Source: Aestuariivirga sp. (lineage in GTDB: Bacteria > Pseudomonadota > Alphaproteobacteria > Rhizobiales > Aestuariivirgaceae). Taken from it: a DNA stretch of 56,364 nucleotides. Where the stretch lies: the NCBI GenBank assembly GCA_043757105.1, contig JAYVPZ010000350.1, positions 1-56,364 of the forward strand. The letters run 5' to 3'. How positions within the stretch are numbered: position 1 is the first letter of the stretch; every line of letters begins with the position of its first letter. Positions 42,077 to 52,362 of the stretch are shown piece after piece. The notes under the pieces were generated by a model. That model had not been told where the DNA came from and ran no database searches. It saw only the letters and a list, made by a program, of their open reading frames with translations. Position numbers and translations under genes: made by a program.

Positions 42077-42718
42077 CTAGCTGCTCAGCTTGGCTTGCTC
42101 AATGAATTTCCGAATGAGTGCGACATCCTTGATGCCGGGCGCTGTTTCAACACCAGACGACACATCTACAATCGGGGCACCCGTCATAGCGATAGCTTCC
42201 GCGACATTTTCTGGCGAAAGTCCGCCAGAGAGCATGTACGGGCCTTCATTGCCTTTGAGTAAAGTCCAATCAAAAGAAATCCCATTCCCGCCCGGCAAGG
42301 CATCTTTCAAAGTGTCTGGCGCCTTTGCATCAAACAAAATCAGATCAGCTTTTCTGAAATAGCTTTGCGCCTTTGCAACGTCAGAAGCCTCACGCACGGC
42401 AAGGGCCTTGATCACTTTCACGCCCGTCAGCTTCACAATTTCCAAAACCCGGTTCGGCGTTTCATTGCCATGCACCTGAAAATAATCCGGCCGCACACGC
42501 TTGGTAATGAGCTCAAATAATCTATCGTCAGCATCCACAACCAGCGCCACAACAGCTGCTTTGCCCTTGGCCATTTTAGCCAGAGCTGCCGCTTGTTCAA
42601 CATTCACATTGCGTGGAGACTTGGCAAAAAACACCAACCCCACCATATCAGCGCCTGCATCAAGTGCGGCCTTCATGGTGACAGGTTCTGAAAGCCCGCA
42701 GATTTTAACTTGGGCCAT
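42077..42718 (-). CDS. trpF: Phosphoribosylanthranilate isomerase
   Basis: VKICGL, SPRNV, QVHGNE, GGNG.SFDW, LSGGL, VDVSSGVE. Confidence 0.96.
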   Translation of the reverse strand: MAQVKICGLSEPVTMKAALDAGADMVGLVFFAKSPRNVNVEQAAALAKMAKGKAAVVALVVDADDRLFELITKRVRPDYFQVHGNETPNRVLEIVKLTGVKVIKALAVREASDVAKAQSYFRKADLILFDAKAPDTLKDALPGGNGISFDWTLLKGNEGPYMLSGGLSPENVAEAIAMTGAPIVDVSSGVETAPGIKDVALIRKFIEQAKLSS

Positions 42719-43416
42719 CAGCGTAAACTCTGCAAAATCAATTGCGCAGCAGCGGCCGGATCAGCAGCCCCCGTAATCGCTCGCCCAATCACCAAAATAT
42801 CAGCGCCTGCATCAATCGCGGACTTTGGCGTAGCCACGCGCTTTTGATCATGAGCCTCTGTATCAGCAGGACGAATACCGGGCACGACAGTCAAGAAATT
42901 CGGTAGCAGAGTCTTGCGAATTGAAGGCAAGTCTAGCGGCGAACAAACAACACCATCAAGATTGGCCATATTGGCAAGAATGGCCAGATGGGTGGCAAGC
43001 AGTTCAGTATTGAGCGCGGGGTCAAAAGCTACTCTCCGCAAATCTTCATTCGACAATGAAGTCAAAATTGTCACGGCAATCAACTTCGTCTCGGCCACCA
43101 CAGCATCCCGCGCCGCCTTCATCATTTCAAGTCCACCCGTGGCGTGAACATTGGTAATAGCGGGGACAGGAGAGAGTTTTAAAAGCGAGCGCAACCCCTG
43201 TGCCACCGTGTTTGGAATATCATGCAGCTTCATATCCAAAAATATCGGAATACCTTGAGCGCCCAAGGCCTCATACCCCTTGGCCCCATGCGCATAAAAA
43301 AACTCCATACCAATTTTCAGCATCCCCACATGGCCGTGCAGTAACTTGGCCAGTTTAAGTGCACGAGGCAGTTCAGGCGTGTCCAAAGCCACACAAATGG
43401 GGTTTTTTGATTCCAT
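42718..43416 (-). CDS. pyrF: Orotidine-5'-phosphate decarboxylase
   Basis: VALD, KIG, FLDMKLHDIPNTV, VPGIRP, DQKRV.TP, VIGRAIT; start set at ATG 43416. Confidence 0.96.
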   Translation of the reverse strand: MESKNPICVALDTPELPRALKLAKLLHGHVGMLKIGMEFFYAHGAKGYEALGAQGIPIFLDMKLHDIPNTVAQGLRSLLKLSPVPAITNVHATGGLEMMKAARDAVVAETKLIAVTILTSLSNEDLRRVAFDPALNTELLATHLAILANMANLDGVVCSPLDLPSIRKTLLPNFLTVVPGIRPADTEAHDQKRVATPKSAIDAGADILVIGRAITGAADPAAAAQLILQSLR

Positions 43417-43490
43417 AAAATAAACTTTCAATGACTCTCGATATCTTCCGCCACGTTCGCACACTGCTGTATGCAAGCACCAACGTTTAG

Positions 43491-44117
43491 TTATAAATTG
43501 GCTTTGGCTTCAATTTTCGCCAGAACCAGTTTCAGTGCCTCGTCTACCCCAAGCTCCGAAGTATCCACTACAATGGCATCCGCCGCTGCTAGTGTCGGCG
43601 CAATGTGCCGACCACTGTCTCTGGCGTCGCGGGCTTTGATGTCGGCGGTTACGTCTTCCAAGGAACTGGCAATGCCCAAACTTTGCAATTCCTTGAAGCG
43701 CCGCAAAACCCGCGCTTCGACTGAGGCGGTAATGAAGAATTTTACATCGGCATTAGGACAAATCACCGTGCCAATATCGCGGCCATCCAAGACTGCGCCC
43801 GGCAAGCGCCGCGCAAAATCTCGCTGGAATTTTAACAGTGCAGCACGAACTTCCGGAATGACCGCAACTTTAGAAGCGGCAGAACCCACCACTTCGCTGC
43901 GCAATTCATGATCTTCAAAATCATCCACATTTAAATCACGTGCAAATTCCGCAGCCTTCGCCACATCCGCAAAATCACTCTGTGTACGGAGCATTTGCAG
44001 CCCCACCATCCGGTAGAGCGCACCCGTATCTAAAAAATAAAATCCATAATGCGCAGCGATGCCGCGTGCCAGCGTGCCCTTGCCCGCCGCAGATGGGCCA
44101 TCAACGGCCACGATCAC
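43491..44117 (-). CDS. cmk: Cytidylate kinase
   Basis: AVDGPSAAGKGT, LDTGALYR, DGRDIGTV; probable GTG start at 44117. Confidence 0.95.
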   Translation of the reverse strand: MIVAVDGPSAAGKGTLARGIAAHYGFYFLDTGALYRMVGLQMLRTQSDFADVAKAAEFARDLNVDDFEDHELRSEVVGSAASKVAVIPEVRAALLKFQRDFARRLPGAVLDGRDIGTVICPNADVKFFITASVEARVLRRFKELQSLGIASSLEDVTADIKARDARDSGRHIAPTLAAADAIVVDTSELGVDEALKLVLAKIEAKANL

Positions 44118-44139
44118 GATAGTGATCCACTTAACATGA

Positions 44140-45480
<1,341 letters not shown>

Positions 45481-45581
45481 CTATTTCAAATACACGGGTT
45501 AAAACCCTCTGTCACCTAGCCAAAACGAAGCTTTTGACATTCAGGGCAACCCGTGGCAGAAGCCCGCTCAATCAAACCGAT

Positions 45582-45686
45582 TAGAGCGTTTTGACTTTTC
45601 GATGGAAAGTCAAAATCGCCCTAAATTTATATTGTCGATCAACTTTTCTGAACTTTGACGATTCCGTCAAAGTTCAGGTTGATCTA
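45582..45686. repeat. 105-bp TA-bounded double-hairpin element (MITE/RIME-like)
   Basis: Starts TAGAGC and ends GATCTA; stem 1 TTTTGACTTT/AAAGTCAAAA (45589-45615); stem 2 perfect 13-bp CTGAACTTTGACG/CGTCAAAGTTCAG (45648-45677), extended by GATCAAC/GTTGATC. Confidence 0.6.
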
Positions 45687-45701
45687 TTGAAGGAATATGC
45701 A

Positions 45702-46118
45702 GTGGTGAAAGCTGAGCTTGGAACCAAGCGGACGTGCCCTAATTGTGCAACCCGTTTTTATGATTTGTTGAAGTCGCCGATCGAATGCCCAAAATGCGCT
45801 ACGAGCTTTATGGCCATGTCAATTTTGCCGTCAAAAGCTGAATTCCCCGGTATGGTGCCACAACCACAGCCCAAGCCTCGTGAAGAGGCTGATGATGCAG
45901 ATACCGGCGAAGTTGAGCTCATCAGTTTGGACGAAGCCGCAGCTGAAGAAAAAGGCGACGATGAAACCGCAGGCATTGAGGATGTGGATTTGGGCGAAGA
46001 CAGCACGGACTCCACCAAAGACGACGAAGACGATACATTCCTGGTTGAAGAAGAAGACGAAGGCAACATGTCTGACCTCGTCGAAGGCGGCGGCAAGGAA
46101 GACGACGAAGAACAATAA
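45702..46118 (+). CDS. TIGR02300 / FYDLN acid-domain family protein
   Basis: ELGTKRTCPNCATRFYDL...CPKC zinc ribbon plus very acidic tail; GTG start after AAGGA. Confidence 0.9.
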   Translation: MVKAELGTKRTCPNCATRFYDLLKSPIECPKCATSFMAMSILPSKAEFPGMVPQPQPKPREEADDADTGEVELISLDEAAAEEKGDDETAGIEDVDLGEDSTDSTKDDEDDTFLVEEEDEGNMSDLVEGGGKEDDEEQ

Positions 46119-46248
46119 TTTAACCGGGTTTGGTTTTGTGCCAATGATCACTCAAGTTTTGCTTGATCCATGGCAAAACCCCAACTAGGTTCCGCCGCAC
46201 AATTGGTGCGTTGTCCAATTGTCCCAAACTACGTGATTGAAAAAACGT

Positions 46249-46324
<76 letters not shown>

Positions 46325-46513
46325 ATCACTTTCGTACAAACTCACGGTCTTCTGCCATCACGCAAATAGCGCCGAGATTTCCGCAGCTTGAGGGAATGGT
46401 TACGCGCGATTGCGGTCTCAGTGGAGACTATTATGGCTGTAAATCAGGACCATTCTCGCCCCAGTCTCAGGCCTTCAAAAAGATTTTCCCAAAATCATGC
46501 TGTCTCATCCGCA

Positions 46514-46552
46514 GAGACCCGTTCGACAGTGGCCTGAGACGAGTTCGACAGT
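46514..46552 (+). repeat. 17-bp direct repeat pair near the island end
   Basis: GAGACCCGTTCGACAGT (46514-30) and GAGACGAGTTCGACAGT (46536-52), 15/17 identical, 22-bp period. Confidence 0.7.
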
Positions 46553-46566
46553 CCGCTTTTGCAGGT

Positions 46567-46818
46567 CTACTTCTTGGTTGGAACGTCTGCTTCCAGCTTT
46601 TTCAGCAGGCTTGAAGGAACAAGACCCAAGGCCCTGGCCAGTTCCATAAACTCAACAACGTCAATCCGCCGCTCGCCACCTTCAACTTTGGCGACATAGG
46701 ATTGGTGTGTCTTCAAGGCGTCCGCCACCTCTTGCTGGGTCATCCCCGACTTGCGGCGTGCTTGCAACAACAGCTCTATGAGTTTCCGATATGTTGGGGA
46801 ATGGAGACTTTTGGTCAC
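46567..46818 (-). CDS. XRE-family HTH regulator
   Basis: KSLHSPTY..LIELL..ARR..GMTQQEVA....QSYVAKVEGGERRIDVVEF; probable GTG start at 46818. Confidence 0.88.
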   Translation of the reverse strand: MTKSLHSPTYRKLIELLLQARRKSGMTQQEVADALKTHQSYVAKVEGGERRIDVVEFMELARALGLVPSSLLKKLEADVPTKK

Positions 46819-46915
46819 GCGCGAGGTCCACGATATTTGCGCGATGATCAATAATTCCACTATAGAATAATCCCATATTGGCATAACGTGACGACGAACC
46901 CTTCGGGAGTTGTCA

Positions 46916-47188
46916 ATGTTCCAATTCGTGATTGATCAGCCTCTGCTGGCTTACTTAGTTATGGGCATTACATGCGCCGCGATCTTTACCGAGACCCAGC
47001 GCTGGCTGCTTCCTTTGCGTATTCCAAAAGTCGAGATTTCCAGATTGGCTGACGAATTGATTGCCAATTTTGGTCCTCGAGCTGCAAATGTGGCAGCACT
47101 CGAGCAGGACCGGGCTTTGCATCATTCTGACCCTTATGAACAAAGTAAATGGCGGCGCGTTGAACGCGAGATCACGCGCAGGCAATAA
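46916..47188 (+). CDS. Small membrane-anchored hypothetical protein (paralog of 55217-55531)
   Basis: GGGAG RBS, N-terminal hydrophobic helix, 24/57 ungapped identity to 55217-55531. Confidence 0.75.
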   Translation: MFQFVIDQPLLAYLVMGITCAAIFTETQRWLLPLRIPKVEISRLADELIANFGPRAANVAALEQDRALHHSDPYEQSKWRRVEREITRRQ

Positions 47189-47202
47189 TATGACGCTGCC
47201 CC

Positions 47203-48780
47203 TCAGGCGATGCCAAGTTGCTGGCGTTGCATGGCCCAGTCCATGGGCAGATCCGTCATTTGGGTAACGCCGAGACCACGTGGCAATTTTCCATCAATGG
47301 CAGCTTGAACGATATCGGGTGCGAGGAAGGCCAAAGACAACGTGGAGCGGATGGTTTTCTCAGATAGGTTTTGTCTAACGGCAAGTGCGTTGATGTCTTT
47401 CGCTTGCCCGTCAATCAATTGATCAAGCCAAAACCGCCCCTGCGCAATGCCTTTGAGCAGTCGCGATCTGGCCTTACTGCGGATGGGACGGGTTGAAGCT
47501 TTGTCTGAACTTCCCAAAAGTTCGCGCTTGCGGGTGGCCGATGGCTTGGCCCACTGCACTGTCAAAACGTCCGCCTGCTGCTCAGATTCTGATTTGATTG
47601 TGATCTTCAAACAATCGGCAAGCACGGCAACTTGTTGAATGTGGCTTTGAACCCTTGCGCGGATTTGTTGTTCATCCGTTTCAGCGCTTCCCAAATGTTC
47701 AAGGATCGCTTTTGAAACCACAGTTTCAATTTCTATCGCGGGCACACGGTCAACCGATCCAGCTTTTGATTTTTGACCCTGGGCCAGAACCCAGGACTGA
47801 TAGTAGTTGTATCTCAACCCACCCCTTTGCGCATAGGTGGGAGACATGCGATTGCCCTTGTCATCATACAATAGGCCAACTAGCAGGGCTCCTGATTTCT
47901 GATTGCTGTCACGTCTGTCGCTTGCACCAAATTTGCGGGTTGCTTGAACCGTGTTGAACAGGTCTGCGCTGATGATCGCGGCATGCTCACCAGGATAGCT
48001 CTGATCTCGATGGTTGATCTCCCCGAGATAAACCCGATTGCCCAACATATGGGAGAGCGGTCCTGTGGTGAAAAGAATGCCACCAAACTCTGCACCAGAG
48101 GCCCGCTTGCGAACACGTGAGGTGATGTTTCGTTCCTCGAGTTCGCGCACCAGCGCCGGGATGGACTTGAGTTTGGTGTAAAGCTCAAAGATCAAACGCA
48201 CATCGCTGGCCTCGGCTTCGTCGATAAGAAGTTTCCGGCTTTCGACCTTGTAGCCATAGGGCACAACACCTCCCATCCACAGGCCCTTTTTCTTGGAGGC
48301 CGCAATCTTGTCGCGAATACGCTCGCCTGTGACTTCGCGCTCGAACTGGGCAAAAGACAAAAGCACATTGAGCGTCAGCCTACCCATTGATGACGTGGTG
48401 TTGAAAGACTGTGTCACGGATACAAATGAAACCTCATGGCCATCAAACAGCTCCACCAGCTTTGCAAAGTCTGCCAGTGAACGGGTTAATCGGTCCACCT
48501 TGTAGACCACGATCACATCGAGTTTCTGCTGCCGCACATCGGCCATCAGCTGTGTGAGCGCTGGCCGATCCATGCTACCGCCAGAATAGCCGCCATCATT
48601 GTATTGGTCTTTCAAGCACACCCACCCCTCGTGGGCTTGGCTCTTCACATAGGCTTCAGCCGCTTCCCGTTGTGCATCAAGTGAGTTGAACTCCTGCTCC
48701 AACCCCTGATCCGTCGACACCCTCGTGTAGATGGCGCAGCGAATGGCTGGCTTGGTGTGGGAAGATCTATTTGCGTTCAT
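47203..48780 (-). CDS. Large serine recombinase (resolvase + recombinase domains)
   Basis: AIYTRVST catalytic Ser, D.GYSGG..DRP.L, VYKVDRLTRS, SFAQFERE...ERIRDK, GG.VPYGY. Confidence 0.95.
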   Translation of the reverse strand: MNANRSSHTKPAIRCAIYTRVSTDQGLEQEFNSLDAQREAAEAYVKSQAHEGWVCLKDQYNDGGYSGGSMDRPALTQLMADVRQQKLDVIVVYKVDRLTRSLADFAKLVELFDGHEVSFVSVTQSFNTTSSMGRLTLNVLLSFAQFEREVTGERIRDKIAASKKKGLWMGGVVPYGYKVESRKLLIDEAEASDVRLIFELYTKLKSIPALVRELEERNITSRVRKRASGAEFGGILFTTGPLSHMLGNRVYLGEINHRDQSYPGEHAAIISADLFNTVQATRKFGASDRRDSNQKSGALLVGLLYDDKGNRMSPTYAQRGGLRYNYYQSWVLAQGQKSKAGSVDRVPAIEIETVVSKAILEHLGSAETDEQQIRARVQSHIQQVAVLADCLKITIKSESEQQADVLTVQWAKPSATRKRELLGSSDKASTRPIRSKARSRLLKGIAQGRFWLDQLIDGQAKDINALAVRQNLSEKTIRSTLSLAFLAPDIVQAAIDGKLPRGLGVTQMTDLPMDWAMQRQQLGIA

Positions 48781-49235
48781 GCCAGAACCTCACTCGCTGT
48801 GTGCCGCTTCTCTTTCAGCCCAAAAAAGCGCTGACCATTCCAACTCGTCCCCGTGATGGCCTTGGCAACAGCTGACAAGCTGCCGTAAGTCTTGCCACTC
48901 CATGCATAGCCTTCTTCCAGCACCATGACCCTATGGTGAACACCGTCATGCTCACGCACAATAACGCTTCCGGGTTTCAACTTTTGGTCAACGGGATAGG
49001 GCAGTGCAGGTTCGCGGCCTGCTGCCATATCATCTGCAATCTGATCCAGAAAGTGTGCGGCGGCTTTGCTCAGCCCACCAAACTGTTGCACTTGTAAGCG
49101 ATAGGCCAGCAGGCGTGGCAGCATAAACTTCGGCAGATGCGCAGGCATTGAGCCGCCAAGATGTGCGAGCCAAAAAGATTTCAGCTCAACTGCTGACAGT
49201 TGCTGCAGCCTGCTGATGTCAGGGAACGAGCTCAT
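48777..49235 (-). CDS. DUF2924-like protein
   Basis: LAYRLQVQQFGGL, KPGS.IVREH.G..H.V, YGSLSAVAKAITGTSWNG.RFFGL; ATG 49235 with GAGGTG RBS; coupled to the recombinase. Confidence 0.85.
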   Translation of the reverse strand: MSSFPDISRLQQLSAVELKSFWLAHLGGSMPAHLPKFMLPRLLAYRLQVQQFGGLSKAAAHFLDQIADDMAAGREPALPYPVDQKLKPGSVIVREHDGVHHRVMVLEEGYAWSGKTYGSLSAVAKAITGTSWNGQRFFGLKEKRHTASEVLA

Positions 49236-52200
49236 GATGCACCTCGTGCGAGGAAGTAACGACGGGGCTTGCCGCCCAAGGTGTGACACTCGTTGCTTCG
49301 ACAGCTCGGTAGAAAGTGCGATGGAATTGCCCGAACTGCTCAAAATGCATGCGGTCACGAGGCTTGTGAAGGTTTAGCACAGCGAGCACAAGGCCAGGTC
49401 GGTGGTGGTCACGACCAACACGGCTAGTCGCTTGGATATATTCTGCTGCAGTCTTTGGCTGGCCTTGCACAACCATAAGGCCTAGGCGGCTGATATCGAG
49501 TCCGACCGAGATCATGTTGGTGGCGAGTGCGACATCGATTGTCTCGGCGTCTCTGCCGAATACGGATTCAAGACGCTGTTTTGCTTTTGCTACTTCGTCC
49601 GTAGTTACGCGCGAGGTCAGCTCCATCGGCTCCTTGATACGGCGATCTGCAAACGGACTATCCGCCGGATCAACTCGTCGGCGTTGTGCACCATAGCGTC
49701 CGGCACGATCACGCACCTCGTCTTCGACTATTCGGCGCGCACCTCCCAGTTCACGCAATGCGTTAAAATAACAAAGCGCCGTCATGAAGGGGTCAGCAGG
49801 ATTTTTGTCCTTGGCATCTACTGAAACATTAGCGTCATATGCAGTTTGGGCCGCTGCAACGAGTGTTGTCAAAGATCTTAAGAAGACAAGCTTGGGGCCA
49901 CGCCCTTGGGCGGCAATTCCGAGATAGAGCCGGGCCGAGTTGGTGGCTGAGGGAACTGTTCGCGCAAAGAAGCTATCGACACGATCAATCCCGGGTGGCG
50001 GAAAAATGCTGGTAGTGCTTCGGTCAAATAGAGCTGCTATTTGATCCGCAGCGCGTCTAACTGTTGCGGTCGATGCCACGATTTTGGGGCGAATGCGCGT
50101 CTCACCAGAACCCCGCGATGCTAGCTGGTCGATCGCAGCCTCATAGAGCCCGGCGACTGTTCCAAGTGGACCTGCTATCAGATGCAACTCGTCCTGAATA
50201 ATGAGATCGGGAGGATCGAGAGACCAGCCATTTCCGAGTGGACGACCTTCGCCCGGTTCAGCAGCACCGTAGAAACCAACACCATCTTCGAAGCGGTCAA
50301 CATGGCCAAAGAAAGCTCCGGTTTCGCCGACCCATGGTAATGCTGCGAACTTGTCGACTGTGGCGATCAGAAACGCTGGAAGGCGGCGGTAGATGGGTTC
50401 ATCAACGGTAAGGACGGGAAGTGGCCGGTTTCGGCTAAAGTCACAACTCGTATTGACGCAGCGGATTTCGAGATTGGTTGGTGCATGCATATTCGGTGTG
50501 CACGCAAAGGAAGACGGCTTGAATTCGGTGCCACACCAAGGGCAAGCTTTGAGCGGTGCGGGTGCCCGTTTATCACGGCCACTTTGATACCGTCGCACGC
50601 GACCGACAGCGGTTGTTTCGTCGGATTTGCCTTTGCCGCCCAGTTTATTAGGTGAGGCGTCTGACCCAACCCAAAGTCCAATCTCAATCGGCCAGTCGCC
50701 GAGTAGGCGTCGGCCCTGTTCGTCAACATTTTTGACGTCGGTCCGCATCAGTTCGAGTGCGCAAACGACTCCTGCTGCACGAGCGAGTTGATCCAGCGTG
50801 AGAAGGCGCAGAGTGTAGCGCATGATGACTGCCACGCCTGCGCCGAGTACGCCAAACCCGCTAAGTCGCCGATGGGCAATGACGAGAGCTGCGAGGCCAA
50901 GATAGGCTTCGGTCTTGCCACCGCCAGTGGGGAAGAACAGGAGATCAGCAGTTTCGCGGTCGCCGTGACGGCGATCAACCAGCCCCGCCAGATTGAGCAA
51001 TACAAAGGCAAGTTGAAATGGCCGCCATCGTGGTTCGTCGAGCGCCTGTGGATCGCCTGTTGCCCCTGCAATACGGCGGCGTGCTGCCATGGCGACCGCA
51101 AGGTTCATGAAGCGGAATGCAGTTCGTGCCTTTGCGTCAGTAGCAAGAAGTTCGATGCCAGTCGCGATCCTAGCCTTTGCTTTCTCCATGTCGGCAATGA
51201 GCTGCTCGGCAGTTTCCTTGCGACGCACGGGGAGGTCGTCGAGTTTATTACGCTCCGCGTTGATCCAGACTTCATAGAGAGTTGGAAGATCAATTAGTGC
51301 AGCCTTGAGTTTCGCGGCATCGCCCTCTGCCAAGTGAGCCAAGTTTTCCATGCCAAAGGAAATGCGGCTTTTCAAATCGGCGTCTTCGTTTGGTGCAACG
51401 CGTTCGACTTCAGCGGATGGCAGCGGATCGGTCCACACGCGGGTGACGCCATGGTTATTGCTTTCGGTCGCATCCCAACCCGCAGCGGCGTTTCGCCCTA
51501 CTGCCCATTCGCTGAGGTCGCGATAATGCAGATCGGCAATCCGCAGGTCCAAATCTTGGGCGCGGTAGCCGGAAAGATCACGGCGTGGGCGAAAACCTGT
51601 TTTGCAAACCAGTTCAAGCCGCGCCTGAAAAGCGTAACTGACATCGGAATAGAAGCGATGCACCGTAGCGCGGCGATTGACAAGGAACACAGTCAGCGCA
51701 CGCACGCGCTCGGTCTGGCCATCGGGTGTTGTATAGCTAAAGAGACGCGAATGGGTTTCGAGAACGAGACCGCCACCGCGCCGTTGTTCGGCAGCACTTT
51801 CTGGAATGACAATCGCCGAGCTTCGGCCTTCTTTTACCGGTACAACAACCACACGCTCCTTGGCGCTGCGAACCCAATCGACCATTGGTCGTTCGACGCG
51901 CTTCTTCTTGCCATCTTCGCCAATTTTTTCGGGTTTAGGCTCTGGCAAGAGTATATCCTCGGGCAATTGCGGCTCGGTGCGATAGTCGCCCCATGACACG
52001 CGTGCTTCAATCTCGATAACGTCAGGATGAAGCAGAACTGTCAGTCCAACTGACGAGGGCAGAAAACGTCGACGCGTGGTTGGTGCTTCGGGTTCCTCGT
52101 TGTCAGCGGCGGCGCCATTGGCGTTGTCAGGCTCTTCGACATCGAGTTCCATCTCTTCTTGAGCAGAAGGGTCGGTGTTGTCAGGGTCGCCGTCAAGTCC

Positions 52201-52362
52201 AAGAGGGTCTTCGGCGGGCGCTATAAATCCGGCAAGATACCAGCGTGATGGACTTTCGTTTAGCCGCTCACTTGCCAGATCGGCGTCCTGCAATCCCGGG
52301 CCGATCAAATCGCGTCTAAATTTTTCGACGATTTCAGTGCGAACTTCGAGGGAGGTTTTCAT
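49219..52362 (-). CDS. drmA: DISARM-type SF2 helicase DrmA, probably C-terminally truncated
   Basis: WRPFQLAF, FPTGGGKTEAY, RYTLRLLT, CPWCG, IQDELHL, ASTAT, ATNMISVG.D, YIQATSRVGR; ends shortly after VEATSVTPWAA in sequence belonging to the DUF2924 leader. Confidence 0.82.
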   Translation of the reverse strand: MKTSLEVRTEIVEKFRRDLIGPGLQDADLASERLNESPSRWYLAGFIAPAEDPLGLDGDPDNTDPSAQEEMELDVEEPDNANGAAADNEEPEAPTTRRRFLPSSVGLTVLLHPDVIEIEARVSWGDYRTEPQLPEDILLPEPKPEKIGEDGKKKRVERPMVDWVRSAKERVVVVPVKEGRSSAIVIPESAAEQRRGGGLVLETHSRLFSYTTPDGQTERVRALTVFLVNRRATVHRFYSDVSYAFQARLELVCKTGFRPRRDLSGYRAQDLDLRIADLHYRDLSEWAVGRNAAAGWDATESNNHGVTRVWTDPLPSAEVERVAPNEDADLKSRISFGMENLAHLAEGDAAKLKAALIDLPTLYEVWINAERNKLDDLPVRRKETAEQLIADMEKAKARIATGIELLATDAKARTAFRFMNLAVAMAARRRIAGATGDPQALDEPRWRPFQLAFVLLNLAGLVDRRHGDRETADLLFFPTGGGKTEAYLGLAALVIAHRRLSGFGVLGAGVAVIMRYTLRLLTLDQLARAAGVVCALELMRTDVKNVDEQGRRLLGDWPIEIGLWVGSDASPNKLGGKGKSDETTAVGRVRRYQSGRDKRAPAPLKACPWCGTEFKPSSFACTPNMHAPTNLEIRCVNTSCDFSRNRPLPVLTVDEPIYRRLPAFLIATVDKFAALPWVGETGAFFGHVDRFEDGVGFYGAAEPGEGRPLGNGWSLDPPDLIIQDELHLIAGPLGTVAGLYEAAIDQLASRGSGETRIRPKIVASTATVRRAADQIAALFDRSTTSIFPPPGIDRVDSFFARTVPSATNSARLYLGIAAQGRGPKLVFLRSLTTLVAAAQTAYDANVSVDAKDKNPADPFMTALCYFNALRELGGARRIVEDEVRDRAGRYGAQRRRVDPADSPFADRRIKEPMELTSRVTTDEVAKAKQRLESVFGRDAETIDVALATNMISVGLDISRLGLMVVQGQPKTAAEYIQATSRVGRDHHRPGLVLAVLNLHKPRDRMHFEQFGQFHRTFYRAVEATSVTPWAASPVVTSSHEVHHELVP

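Noticed and set aside
41405-42262. 285-aa + strand ORF, and similar shadow ORFs (44909-45472, 50788-51297, 51334-51996, 54111-54599)
   Set aside because: Antisense to well-supported genes or remnants, with no recognisable motifs
45880-46118. GAAGAC/GACGAA-rich low-complexity tract as a DNA repeat
   Set aside because: Explained by the Asp/Glu-rich tail of the FYDLN-family protein
46514-46552. Direct repeat as a mini CRISPR array
   Set aside because: Only two 17-bp copies with a 5-bp spacer and no cas genes; no CRISPR array seen anywhere in the window
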